Below, piece after piece: positions 1 through 9,742 of a stretch of 64,000 bases of DNA. The stretch spans positions 37,680 to 101,679 of the forward strand of contig JAZURX010000011.1 of the NCBI GenBank assembly GCA_045606385.1. Reading direction: 5' to 3'. Every line of letters begins with the position of its first letter. The stretch's first letter is position 1. The translations under genes and the position numbers were made by a program. The stretch is from Bacteroidales bacterium. Its GTDB lineage: Bacteria; Bacteroidota; Bacteroidia; Bacteroidales; UBA11471. Under the pieces are notes generated by a model. The model saw nothing but the letters and a program-made list of their open reading frames with translations, had not been told where the DNA came from and made no database searches.

Positions 1-177
1 GAAATGGCAGGCCACATCATCATGAGTCACTTGCTTATACTCGATACCGAGCGTAATGAATCATTCCGCACATCGGCCGAAGTATACACACGATACGCCG
101 AAGCCGAAGTGCGTCGAAATGCTTCATTCATAGAGTCGTTCGACCTCAACGACATGGCACTCTATCGCAAAGATTAA
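1..177 (+). CDS. 3' end of an acyl-CoA dehydrogenase-like protein (partial, enters from the window edge)
   Basis: Frame 1 is open from base 1 to TAA at 175-177: EMAGHIIMSHLLILDTERNESFRTSAEVYTRYAEAEV...; resembles the C-terminus of Bacteroides acyl-CoA dehydrogenases (recalled, not searched). Confidence 0.6.
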   Translation, partial: EMAGHIIMSHLLILDTERNESFRTSAEVYTRYAEAEVRRNASFIESFDLNDMALYRKD

Positions 178-201
178 TTTTCTTTATCCTTATTTTATAG
201 G

Positions 202-237
202 CTGCTGTGTCAAAAATAATTTTGACACAGCAGTTTT
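202..237 (+). terminator. Intrinsic terminator hairpin
   Basis: CTGCTGTGTCAAAA (202-215) / TTTTGACACAGCAG (220-233), 14-bp perfect stem followed by TTTT. Confidence 0.75.
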
Positions 238-338
238 ACAATACTAATACTCTCTATTTTTTTTAATTTTTATTACTAAAATCTTTTATATGGTGCAAAT
301 AATTAATTATCTTTGCAGGATATAAAAATATTTTCACC

Positions 339-932
339 ATGAAACAAATTACCTTTATCATTGCATTTATTGCAAGCATTACAAGCAGCTCTTTCGCACA
401 AGGCTACCGAGGTTTTGTCGAAACGGGAGCTCTCATCAATCTACGATTGAGCGGAATAAAAATAGAAGTAGCAGGCATAACCGAAGACTTAGGTTCAATT
501 GAACTTATAGACGACAAAGGAGGTTTCAGTTTTCAGACATCGCACGGCTATCAATTCTCACCACACATATTTTTTGGCGCAGGCATAGGTATCGATTATA
601 TGGCCTCAGGCAAATGCGTAAAACTACCAATATTTGCCGACTTCAGAACCTATTTCTTAGACCGGAATACTTCTCCGTTTTTAGGCATGAAAATAGGATA
701 TGCATTAGGAGGTAAATATTCGGAGAAAATAAATCCGGGATTCTACTTAAACCCCACATTTGGCTTAAGCTTTCCGGTCGGTAAACGAATCTATATGAAT
801 GCAGCCTTTGGCTACAACCTTATACAAGAAATCAGCGCCGGCTACCTATATGATGAATATTATTACGAATATGACGTAACAGCCAAATGTCTATGTCACG
901 GACTTACATTGCGCATGGGTGTCGAATTCTAA
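339..932 (+). CDS. Outer-membrane beta-barrel protein (small porin-like)
   Basis: Signal peptide (SSFA-Q), alternating aromatic/Gly beta strands, C-terminal Phe (MGVEF); -7 box TATCTTTG at 308-315. Confidence 0.7.
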   Translation: MKQITFIIAFIASITSSSFAQGYRGFVETGALINLRLSGIKIEVAGITEDLGSIELIDDKGGFSFQTSHGYQFSPHIFFGAGIGIDYMASGKCVKLPIFADFRTYFLDRNTSPFLGMKIGYALGGKYSEKINPGFYLNPTFGLSFPVGKRIYMNAAFGYNLIQEISAGYLYDEYYYEYDVTAKCLCHGLTLRMGVEF

Positions 933-959
933 AACACATACACATATAAAAGCATACCG

Positions 960-994
960 TCTCCTTGCAGAATGTTGCAAGGAGATATTTTTTT
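960..994 (+). terminator. Intrinsic terminator
   Basis: TCTCCTTGCA / TGCAAGGAGA stem followed by a T-tract. Confidence 0.8.
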
Positions 995-1189
995 ATATTC
1001 ACAAAATATAAGGCACATAATCTATTTAATCCTAAAGATTTGTAGTGAGTCATCGTTTAGCATATAAAGTTTTTTTGTACTTTTGCACTTCGTAAAGAAA
1101 TATACCGATTACGACAGTATCACGATACACGTAATGTTTCCATACCAAATCGGTATACAACAGATGATTAACATTAAAAACAATATATA

Positions 1190-2293
1190 ATGGCATTACA
1201 ATGCGGCATAGTCGGCCTACCTAACGTCGGCAAATCAACACTTTTCAACTGTTTATCAAACGCCAAAGCGCAATCGGCAAACTTCCCGTTCTGCACCATC
1301 GAGCCCAACGTAGGCGTCATAACTGTCCCCGACGAGCGACTCAATAAACTCGCAGAGTTGGTTCACCCGCAACGTATCGTACCGACTACGGTAGAGATAG
1401 TAGATATTGCCGGTCTGGTAAAAGGAGCCAGCCAAGGCGAAGGTCTCGGCAACAAATTCCTTGCCAATATACGCGAAACCGATGCCATATTACACGTACT
1501 ACGCTGTTTCGACGATGATAACATAACACACGTTGACGGCACAGTGGATCCCGTGCGCGACAAAGAGATTATCGACTACGAATTACAAATAAAAGACCTC
1601 GAAACCATCGACAGCCGCATAACGCGGGTACAGAAACAAGCTCAAACCGGCGGTGACAAAAACGCAAAACTCACCTATGAAGTATTGAGCCGATACAAAG
1701 AGGCTCTGGAACAAGGTAAAGCCGCTCGTACCGTTACATTCGACACCAAAGATGAACAAAAAATCGCGCATGACCTATTCCTACTCACCAACAAGCCGGT
1801 AATGTATGTATGTAATGTCGACGAAGCCAGCGCCGTAAACGGGAATATATACGTTGAGAAAGTACGCGAAGCTGTTAAAGACGAAAACGCAGAAATACTG
1901 ATTGTAGCTGCAAAAATAGAGTCGGAGATTGCCGAATTTGACACCTACGAGGAGCGCCAAATGTTCCTCAACGAACTGGGTCTTGATGAGTCGGGCGTTT
2001 CGCGTCTCATTCGTGCCGCTTATAAATTGCTCAACCTGGAGACATATTTTACAGCCGGAGAGCCCGAAGTACGTGCCTGGACATATCATAAAGGCTGGAA
2101 GGCTCCCCAATGCGCCGGCGTGATACACACCGATTTCGAACGAGGATTTATCCGAGCCAACGTCATCAAATATGACGATTACATAACTTTAGGCTCAGAA
2201 GCCGCCTGTAAAGAAGCCGGAAAAATCAATATCGAAGGTAAAGAATATGTCGTACAAGATGGCGACATCATGCACTTCCTTTTCAACGTATAA
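1190..2293 (+). CDS. ychF: Redox-regulated ATPase YchF (Obg family)
   Basis: [36 protein letters not shown]-terminal TGS domain [11 protein letters not shown]. Confidence 0.97.
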   Translation: MALQCGIVGLPNVGKSTLFNCLSNAKAQSANFPFCTIEPNVGVITVPDERLNKLAELVHPQRIVPTTVEIVDIAGLVKGASQGEGLGNKFLANIRETDAILHVLRCFDDDNITHVDGTVDPVRDKEIIDYELQIKDLETIDSRITRVQKQAQTGGDKNAKLTYEVLSRYKEALEQGKAARTVTFDTKDEQKIAHDLFLLTNKPVMYVCNVDEASAVNGNIYVEKVREAVKDENAEILIVAAKIESEIAEFDTYEERQMFLNELGLDESGVSRLIRAAYKLLNLETYFTAGEPEVRAWTYHKGWKAPQCAGVIHTDFERGFIRANVIKYDDYITLGSEAACKEAGKINIEGKEYVVQDGDIMHFLFNV

Positions 2294-2296
2294 CAT

Positions 2297-2884
2297 ATGA
2301 GAAAGATTGCGTCGGTATGTGTCTATTGCGCATCGAGTTCTCGTGTGTCGCCGATATATTTCGAAGCGGCAGAGACACTCGGTCGATTATTGGTACAACA
2401 AAACATACGATGCATATACGGTGCCGGAGCCCAAGGGCTTATGGGACGACTTGCCGATACAATACTCGCCCAAGGTGGTAAAATCACCGGTATCATACCT
2501 CAATTTATGTATGACAACGGGTGGTGCCACACCTCGCTGCAAGATGTAATCATAACACCCGACATACACCGGCGAAAAGAGTTGATGTCCAAGCAATCAG
2601 ATGCTATCATTGCTCTTCCCGGCGGTTGCGGCACACTCGAGGAATTGCTCGAAATAATCACTTGGAAACAACTCGGACTATATAAGAATCCGATAATACT
2701 GCTCAACATCAATGGCTACTATGACCCATTGACAGCAATGCTCGACCGGGCTGTAGATGAGCACTTTATTCACCCCGAGCATAGTGTCATGTGGTGCACC
2801 GTAGCGACACCCGAAGAAGCCGTACAGGCCTTATATTCCGCACCCGAATGGAGTGGTAATGTGTCTAAACTCGCTGTAATATGA
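2297..2884 (+). CDS. LOG family (TIGR00730-type) nucleotide phosphoribohydrolase
   Basis: VCVYCASS, GLMG and PGGCGTLEE motifs. Confidence 0.9.
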   Translation: MRKIASVCVYCASSSRVSPIYFEAAETLGRLLVQQNIRCIYGAGAQGLMGRLADTILAQGGKITGIIPQFMYDNGWCHTSLQDVIITPDIHRRKELMSKQSDAIIALPGGCGTLEELLEIITWKQLGLYKNPIILLNINGYYDPLTAMLDRAVDEHFIHPEHSVMWCTVATPEEAVQALYSAPEWSGNVSKLAVI

Positions 2885-3741
2885 GCCACACGTCTGACAG
2901 CACTGAACAAAATACGATACTCACCGACACGACATTGCAATCGATAAGTATCGATACAACTTATATTTTTCACCTTGACAGCGCAGATTGCACATTCCCC
3001 GATAAAATCACCACAACTGACGACAGTTGCCTGCATACAACATATACTCCTGCAATAGAAATACACAATGGCTTAGAAGCAGCCGACATTCGCCATGACG
3101 CGCCCATCAATGATGTCGGTATATTTGCTCTCTTCGGATTTGAATTGATACTGTTCTTGCTACTTATACACCACCGCAAAAAAATATTTTCTTGGCAAAA
3201 CGAAGGCGACTCGCTCTATTCTCACAATCGCAACAAACACCTGTCAAATATAAACTCATATATCCGAAATAGTTTTCTGCTATATACCTTTCTCATCGAG
3301 GGTAATTTATGTTCCATCGCGTTCTACACATTGGGGATTCCAGCTCTAACACAAAGAGGATATGCCGTCGACACACTTTTACTCTCTTTGCCGTTTGCAT
3401 TATATTTTGTACTGCAACAAGGAATATATCTGCTACTATCAGCCATTTTCAGCCCCGACACTCGCGGTCGCGAATGGTGTGGCAGCCACATTGTCATTAA
3501 TTTGTATTTAGGAATTGCGTTATTTCCACTTGTACCATTATCGGTTTACATCCCCGAAATCAATCTTGCAACATTATGGCTATGGGGTACACTATACATA
3601 TCGAGTCGCATACTCTTTATTGCCAAAGGCATAAAACTTTTTTTACAAGATTTTCGTGGATTACTCTACTTTATTTTGTACCTTTGCGCTCTTGAAACAG
3701 CACCTATACTGCTAATTATGGCATACACAGGGTTGTTATAA
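2881..3741 (+). CDS. DUF4271-like membrane protein
   Basis: Several TM helices, C-terminal ILYLCALETAP, position upstream of the hemD-like gene; ATGA overlap with the LOG gene. Confidence 0.65.
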   Translation: MSHTSDSTEQNTILTDTTLQSISIDTTYIFHLDSADCTFPDKITTTDDSCLHTTYTPAIEIHNGLEAADIRHDAPINDVGIFALFGFELILFLLLIHHRKKIFSWQNEGDSLYSHNRNKHLSNINSYIRNSFLLYTFLIEGNLCSIAFYTLGIPALTQRGYAVDTLLLSLPFALYFVLQQGIYLLLSAIFSPDTRGREWCGSHIVINLYLGIALFPLVPLSVYIPEINLATLWLWGTLYISSRILFIAKGIKLFLQDFRGLLYFILYLCALETAPILLIMAYTGLL

Positions 3742-3775
3742 CAAGAATTATACTAATCCATAAAATACAAAAGAG

Positions 3776-4531
3776 TTGAAAATCAAGAAAATACTTGTTT
3801 CTCAGCCTCGTCCGACGTCAGAGAAATCACCCTATTTCGACATTGCACAAAAACATGGTGTCGAAATCATTTTCCGCCCGTTTATCAAGGTAGAAGGACT
3901 TTCGTCAAAAGAATTTCGCCAACAAAAAATATCGTTGTCGGAATTTACAGCAGTTATATTTACGGCTCGCACTGCCATAGATCACTTTTTTGCCATGTGT
4001 GAAAGCCTGCGAGTAAATATACCCGAAACGATGAAATATTTCTGTACCACAGAAGCCATCGCTCTCTACTTGCAGAAATATACCATCTATCGTAAACGTA
4101 AAATATTTTTTGGTACAACAGGAAAACTTGACGACCTGATACCTTCGCTCAACAAGCACAGCAAAGAAAATTTTTTGTTACCCGTATCGGACGTGAGCAA
4201 TGGCGAATACCCTATGCTCGATAAGTCAAAAATAACCTATACCAAAGCGGTAATGTATCGCACGGTAAGTAATGATTTCACTCCCGATGAACCGTTCGAC
4301 TATGATATGCTCATATTTTTCAGTCCGGCCGGAATACAATCGTTGTTAAAAAATTTCCCCAATTTCGAGCAAGGCGATATACGCATAGGCTGTTTTGGTC
4401 CCACCACAGCCAAAGCAGTGAAAGATGCAGGCTTACGACTCGATGTAGAAGCACCACGCCCCGAGGCGCCATCGATGACTACCGCTCTTGATTTATACTT
4501 AAAAGAACAAGCAAAGGCTGCGAAAAAATAA
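3776..4531 (+). CDS. hemD: Uroporphyrinogen-III synthase-like protein (TTG start)
   Basis: KILVSQPRP, FRPFIKVEG, FFSPAGI, FGPTTAKA motifs of the Bacteroidetes HemD-like family. Confidence 0.85.
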   Translation: MKIKKILVSQPRPTSEKSPYFDIAQKHGVEIIFRPFIKVEGLSSKEFRQQKISLSEFTAVIFTARTAIDHFFAMCESLRVNIPETMKYFCTTEAIALYLQKYTIYRKRKIFFGTTGKLDDLIPSLNKHSKENFLLPVSDVSNGEYPMLDKSKITYTKAVMYRTVSNDFTPDEPFDYDMLIFFSPAGIQSLLKNFPNFEQGDIRIGCFGPTTAKAVKDAGLRLDVEAPRPEAPSMTTALDLYLKEQAKAAKK

Positions 4532-4554
4532 ATTCAAAAGCCATCGGATATCCC

Positions 4555-4600
4555 ACACCTTGCCACCAACCCGAAGGAGGGATTCGTGGCAAGGTGTTTT
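4555..4600 (+). terminator. Terminator-like hairpin between hemD-like and rnpA
   Basis: ACACCTTGCCAC (4555-4566) / GTGGCAAGGTGT (4586-4597), 12-bp perfect stem followed by TTT. Confidence 0.7.
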
Positions 4601-4627
4601 ATTATACACAACACAAAATTACATAAT

Positions 4628-5032
4628 ATGACAAATGACAATCGTTTCGGCCATGATGAACGTCTGCGCGGAGAAATTCGCGTAAGCCGCCTCTTTTCCG
4701 AAGGACAATCGTTTGTCATATACCCATACAGGGTGGTGTACCGAATCAATAACAGCTCCACCTATCCCAACACCGCCATATTGATAAGCATACCTAAAAA
4801 ACGTTTCAAACGAGCCGTAAAACGAAACAGGATTCGCCGTTGCACAAAAGAGGCTTTTCGCCTCAACAAAAAGATTCTCAACACACCACTACATGCCGCA
4901 GGAATTTCTCTCGACATAGCCCTCATATACCTCGATAAAGCAATACTCCCATACTCTACCATAGAACGACGTATACAGGAGCTGCTCGAAAAACTGCTCA
5001 CAAAAGTATTACACATACAACACGATGAATAA
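4628..5032 (+). CDS. rnpA: Ribonuclease P protein component
   Basis: RNR motif [18 protein letters not shown] 4628 preferred because the track's GTG 4586 lies in the hairpin arm. Confidence 0.92.
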   Translation: MTNDNRFGHDERLRGEIRVSRLFSEGQSFVIYPYRVVYRINNSSTYPNTAILISIPKKRFKRAVKRNRIRRCTKEAFRLNKKILNTPLHAAGISLDIALIYLDKAILPYSTIERRIQELLEKLLTKVLHIQHDE

Positions 5033-5930
5033 GGGCAAAATAGCAACGTATATCGGCAAGCTCGTATCGGGGATACTATTATTACCTATTTACTTCTATC
5101 GGACATGCATATCTCCCCTCAAACCTCCGACATGCCGATACTCGCCAACGTGCTCACAATATATGATAGAGGCTATACGCCAGCATGGGCCACTACTCGG
5201 CCTATGGCTTGGGATAAAGCGTATAGGGCGTTGTCACCCCTGGGGAGACAGCGGATATGATCCCGTGCCCGCCACCACTCGCTACGACATACATACCCAT
5301 ACACTACCGACTGACGATAATAAGCACTACAGCATTTTCAATCCATACCCATATTACCCGCTCGAAACATTAGATAAACACCCTTCGCTACACTACTCGA
5401 TAGGTATACACCCCTACAAATGTGAAAAATACACCGAAGAAAATTGGGCACAAATCACGGAACTGGCCACACGCCCGCAAGTCGTTGCTATCGGAGAGTG
5501 CGGACTCGACGCAAGTAGGGCTAATTCTCTCGCAAAACAAGAAATATTATTCGAGCGACATATCAGATTGTCAGAAGAACTCAAAAAGCCCCTGATTATA
5601 CACTGCGTAAAAGCTCACGATACACTGATTGCCTTACATCAAAAATACAAACCGGAGCAAACCTGGATAATACACGGATTCAGAGGAAAGCCTCAGCAAG
5701 CCGAGCAACTCATCAAAAAGGGAATTATACTATCAATAGGTATGCGACACAATCCCGCGATATTCGATATAACAGTACCCGGGTGTATACTTTTTGAAAG
5801 TGATGAAAATAGTCTCAATATCGACACATTATATCGTAAAGCCGCCAAAGCGTGGAAAAAACCGCTCTACATCGTTGTAGCCCACACCGCCGATACCGCC
5901 AAATCGGTATTCCTCAAACAACTGTCATAA
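5025..5930 (+). CDS. Fusion of YidD (membrane protein insertion efficiency factor) and a TatD-family hydrolase
   Basis: Residues 1-82 are YidD ([24 protein letters not shown]); residues 87-301 are TatD (DIHTH, GIHP, IGECGLD, IIHCVK, IIHGF, ESD). Confidence 0.88.
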   Translation: MNKGKIATYIGKLVSGILLLPIYFYRTCISPLKPPTCRYSPTCSQYMIEAIRQHGPLLGLWLGIKRIGRCHPWGDSGYDPVPATTRYDIHTHTLPTDDNKHYSIFNPYPYYPLETLDKHPSLHYSIGIHPYKCEKYTEENWAQITELATRPQVVAIGECGLDASRANSLAKQEILFERHIRLSEELKKPLIIHCVKAHDTLIALHQKYKPEQTWIIHGFRGKPQQAEQLIKKGIILSIGMRHNPAIFDITVPGCILFESDENSLNIDTLYRKAAKAWKKPLYIVVAHTADTAKSVFLKQLS

Positions 5931-6009
5931 TGCTTAAAAAAACAAGACAACAACAAACAACTATTTAGCAAAATATATGTGAAGATATTGCAGAAACAAA
6001 AAAAATACG

Positions 6010-6017
6010 TACCTTTG
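6010..6017 (+). promoter_or_regulatory. Bacteroidetes -7 promoter element for rplY-pth-hslR
   Basis: TACCTTTG matches TAnnTTTG. Confidence 0.7.
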
Positions 6018-6103
6018 CGGTGCTTTTTAAAGTATTCCGTGCGATGGGAAATTAAGAAGCTGAAAATCTTAATTTTGAGTAACACAAAAACAGAACAAAA
6101 AAA

Positions 6104-6754
6104 ATGAAAACATTCCAATTAGAAGGAACACCCAGAACAGCTTTGGGACAAAAAGCAGCCAAAGCTTTGCGCAAAGACGAAATGATTCCTGCCGTATTGA
6201 ACGGTGGCGAAGTATTTGAACTCCCCTATACCGGCACTTTGAAAGCCGGTGAAAAAGTAGTAGAAATAGGCAACAACAAAGGTCTTGTTGTAACCGATTT
6301 CAGTGTATCATTCAATGCAGTTCGCAAACTCGTTTGGACTCCCGAAATCTTTGCCGTAGATCTTACTATCGGTGAGAAAAAAGTAATGGCAGTTGTAAAA
6401 GATATACAATTCCACCCGGTAGAAGAAAAAATTCTTCACATGGATTTCCTCGAAGTAACAGAGAAAAAACCTGTAGTGATGGAAGTACCCGTAACACTCG
6501 AAGGTCACTCAGAAGGTGTGAAAGCCGGTGGTAAATTGAGCCTCGAAATGAGAAAACTCAAAGTAAAAGCCATCTACACCCAAATTCCCGAAAAAATGGT
6601 TATCAACGTAGATAACCTCGGATTGGGCAAAACCATGCAAGTAGGTGATTTACACTTCGACGGTCTTGAAATCATGAATGCCAAGAACGCTGTTGTATGT
6701 GCAGTGAAACTGACTCGTGCCGCTCGTGGTGCCGCTGCAAAAAGTGGTAAATAA
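6104..6754 (+). CDS. rplY: 50S ribosomal protein L25 / general stress protein Ctc
   Basis: IPAVL, KDIQFHPV...ILHMDF, GVKAGG; located upstream of pth. Confidence 0.95.
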   Translation: MKTFQLEGTPRTALGQKAAKALRKDEMIPAVLNGGEVFELPYTGTLKAGEKVVEIGNNKGLVVTDFSVSFNAVRKLVWTPEIFAVDLTIGEKKVMAVVKDIQFHPVEEKILHMDFLEVTEKKPVVMEVPVTLEGHSEGVKAGGKLSLEMRKLKVKAIYTQIPEKMVINVDNLGLGKTMQVGDLHFDGLEIMNAKNAVVCAVKLTRAARGAAAKSGK

Positions 6755-6769
6755 TATCCGTAAAGCTGC

Positions 6770-7333
6770 ATGAAATACCTGATTGTAGGATTGGGAAATA
6801 TCGGCGATGAATATGCCGATACCCGACACAACATAGGTTTTAGAGTATTGGACGCCCTTGCAAAGGCGTCCAATCTCGTTTTTGAAGACAAACGCTACGG
6901 CTTTGTCGCACAAATGCGTCTTAAAGGACATGTTCTGATATTGCTTAAGCCATCGACATATATGAATCTGAGCGGAAATGCTGTTCGGTATTGGCTGCAA
7001 AAAGAAAATATTCCCGTAGAAAATATGCTGATCGTGGTCGATGACCTGGCCCTGCCATTCGGCACATTGCGACTGAAACCCCGCGGCAGCGATGCCGGGC
7101 ATAACGGGCTCAAGCACATACAACAAATACTCGGTAGCGACAACTACGCTCGGTTGCGTTTCGGCATAGGCAATGACTTTCCCCGAGGAGGACAAATCGA
7201 TTTTGTTCTTGGAGAATTTCCTCCCGAGGAGGAGAAAGAGTTGCCTGCAAAACTCGAACGAGCCGGCGAAATTATCAAAGAATTTTGCTTAGCCGGTATC
7301 AACATCGCCATGAACCGATTCAACAACAAATAA
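6770..7333 (+). CDS. pth: Peptidyl-tRNA hydrolase
   Basis: [30 protein letters not shown]. Confidence 0.97.
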   Translation: MKYLIVGLGNIGDEYADTRHNIGFRVLDALAKASNLVFEDKRYGFVAQMRLKGHVLILLKPSTYMNLSGNAVRYWLQKENIPVENMLIVVDDLALPFGTLRLKPRGSDAGHNGLKHIQQILGSDNYARLRFGIGNDFPRGGQIDFVLGEFPPEEEKELPAKLERAGEIIKEFCLAGINIAMNRFNNK

Positions 7334-7337
7334 CATC

Positions 7338-7790
7338 ATGTCCAAAGGAGAAGTAAGAATAGACAAGTATTTATGGGCTACGCGCATATTCAAAACACGC
7401 ACAATAGCCACCGATGCGTGTAAAAAAGGTCGCGTATCGATAGGCAATACCACCGTAAAACCATCACGCACCATACAAATAGGAGAAATCATAGAAGTGC
7501 GCAAACCGCCCATCACATACTCATTCAGGGTACTTGACTTGGCAGAAAATCGCATGGGGGCAAAACTCGTACCGCAATATCTCGAAAACATTACTCCTCC
7601 CGAACAATACGAATTGATAGAGATGATACGTCTCAGCGGATTTGTCAATCGTGAAAAAGGAACCGGACGCCCAACCAAACGCGACGGTAGAGAATTGAAA
7701 CGATTTACAGAAGACAGCTATTTCGGAGCATTACCCGATGACGATTTCGATTTCGAATTTGATATTGACATAGACGACCTCAACCCCTAA
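7338..7790 (+). CDS. hslR: S4-domain RNA-binding protein (Hsp15)
   Basis: RIDKYLWATRIFKTRT and GRPTKRDGR; acidic C-terminal tail. Confidence 0.85.
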   Translation: MSKGEVRIDKYLWATRIFKTRTIATDACKKGRVSIGNTTVKPSRTIQIGEIIEVRKPPITYSFRVLDLAENRMGAKLVPQYLENITPPEQYELIEMIRLSGFVNREKGTGRPTKRDGRELKRFTEDSYFGALPDDDFDFEFDIDIDDLNP

Positions 7791-7806
7791 TTGAGGTCGT
7801 TTTTTT
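7774..7806 (+). terminator. Intrinsic terminator overlapping the hslR stop codon
   Basis: ACGACCTCAA / TTGAGGTCGT stem with TAA in the loop, then a T-tract. Confidence 0.85.
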
Positions 7807-8067
7807 GTAATATTAAGCTGCTATATTTTGACAATGTATTTTTCGCAATCAGAGCAAATAAGTGAATTCTAAAACTTCTACATAGCGCGCAAGACAAAGA
7901 TTCAACCTTTAATACATAATTCGAACAGATTTTAAGAAAGTACAGATTACGCAAATACCTATAAAGGATAAATACTATTGAAAATTTACGCCGAAAAAGA
8001 ATAAATATATTCAAAAAATTCTATCTTTGTAAATTAGAATAAAAACATATCTAAAAACATAGGAATT

Positions 8068-9087
8068 ATGGGAAATATAGATTGGTCAAATCTGTCATTC
8101 GGATATATGCGTACAGATTACAATGTACGTTGTTACTATCGTAACGGCAAATGGGGTGAAATGGAATTGTGCTCGGAAGAGACACTCAATCTGCACATGG
8201 CAGCCACCTGCCTGCATTACGGACAAGAGGCTTTCGAAGGATTGAAAGCATTCCGCGGCAAAGATGGTAAAATACGCGTTTTCCGCCCTGAAGCTAACGC
8301 CGAGCGTCTCCAAAGCACATGCAACGGTATATTGATGCCAGAGTTGTCGACCGAGATGTTTGTAAAAGCCGTAAAAATGGTCGTAAAGGCCAATGAACGT
8401 TTCATACCTCCTTATGAAAGTGGTGCATCGCTCTACATCCGCCCATTGCTCCTCGGCATCAGCGCACAAGTAGGAGTACGTCCCTCGATGGATTACTTGT
8501 TTGTAATCTTTGTAACCCCTGTAGGGCCCTATTTCAAGGGCGGTTTTTCGACCAATCCGTATGTAATCATACGAGAATTTGACCGTTCGGCACCGCTTGG
8601 AACCGGTATATACAAAGTAGGAGGCAACTACGCCGCCAGTTTACGTGCCAATAAAATGGCTCATGACTTGGGATATTCATGCGAGTTCTACCTTGATGCC
8701 AAAGAGAAAAAATATATCGATGAGTGCGGAGCCGCCAATTTCTTTGGAATCAAAGACAACACCTATATAACCCCGCTATCGACTTCGATATTACCCTCCA
8801 TCACCAATCGCAGTCTGATGCAACTTGCTGAAGATATGGGTATGAAAGTCGAACGTCGCCCGATACCCGAAGAGGAACTCTCTACATTTGAAGAAGCCGG
8901 AGCATGCGGAACAGCAGCTGTCATTAGCCCTATCGAGCGTATCGATGACCTCGAAAACAAAAAATCGTATGTCATCGCCAAAGACGGAAAACCCGGTCCC
9001 ATCAGCACTCTACTTTACAACAAACTGCGTGCAATACAGTATGGCGACGAACCAGATACCCATAACTGGGTTACTATCATTGAATAA
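8068..9087 (+). CDS. ilvE: Branched-chain amino acid aminotransferase
   Basis: LHYGQEAFEGLKA, LYIRP, KVGGNYAASL, ILPSIT; -7 box TATCTTTG at 8022-8029. Confidence 0.95.
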   Translation: MGNIDWSNLSFGYMRTDYNVRCYYRNGKWGEMELCSEETLNLHMAATCLHYGQEAFEGLKAFRGKDGKIRVFRPEANAERLQSTCNGILMPELSTEMFVKAVKMVVKANERFIPPYESGASLYIRPLLLGISAQVGVRPSMDYLFVIFVTPVGPYFKGGFSTNPYVIIREFDRSAPLGTGIYKVGGNYAASLRANKMAHDLGYSCEFYLDAKEKKYIDECGAANFFGIKDNTYITPLSTSILPSITNRSLMQLAEDMGMKVERRPIPEEELSTFEEAGACGTAAVISPIERIDDLENKKSYVIAKDGKPGPISTLLYNKLRAIQYGDEPDTHNWVTIIE

Positions 9088-9123
9088 ATCGGCCGGCATA
9101 CAACAGATTCGAAAACAGCAAGT

Positions 9124-9672
9124 ATGGATTCTTCGAAAATCATAGAAAAATACTATCTCCCCGGCACGCCACTATACGATATACTTATAACACATAGTCG
9201 TAGAGTTGCCGAGAAAGCCGTAGCAATAGCTGTAGCCCACCCTGAGCTGAATGCCGACGTAACATTTCTCTATGAAGCTGCCATGTTGCACGATATAGGC
9301 ATATATCTTACCGATGCTCCCGATATACATTGCTACGGTAATCGCCCATATATATGTCATGGCACACTCGGAAGCGAATTGCTCAAAAACGAGGGATACT
9401 CCCGTCATGCACTTGTGTGTGAGCGGCATACAGGATCCGGTCTTTCGCTCAATGATATAATCGATCAAAATCTACCGATACCTCATCGCGAAATGTTACC
9501 CATAAGCATCGAAGAACAGATTATCTGCTATGCCGACAAATTCTACTCCAAATCGTCGCCCGACCACGAAAAAACGCAAGATCAAATATTACGTAGTCTG
9601 TCGAAATATGGAGAAGAATCGGTAAAACGATTTGAAGAGTGGGACACAAAATTCTCATCTAAAAATTATTAA
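9124..9672 (+). CDS. HD-domain phosphohydrolase (HDIG type)
   Basis: HS...MLHDIG...H...ERH...YADKF. Confidence 0.85.
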   Translation: MDSSKIIEKYYLPGTPLYDILITHSRRVAEKAVAIAVAHPELNADVTFLYEAAMLHDIGIYLTDAPDIHCYGNRPYICHGTLGSELLKNEGYSRHALVCERHTGSGLSLNDIIDQNLPIPHREMLPISIEEQIICYADKFYSKSSPDHEKTQDQILRSLSKYGEESVKRFEEWDTKFSSKNY

Positions 9673-9676
9673 AACG

Positions 9677-9717
9677 TCTGCCCGACACTTATATGTCGGG
9701 CAGATTGCTTATCTTTG
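9677..9717 (+). promoter_or_regulatory. Hairpin abutting the -7 promoter element of the lptD-like gene
   Basis: TCTGCCCGACA / TGTCGGGCAGA stem (9677-9704), then TATCTTTG at 9710-9717. Confidence 0.6.
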
Positions 9718-9742
9718 CAAGTTAATTGCCCATATCGCGTAA

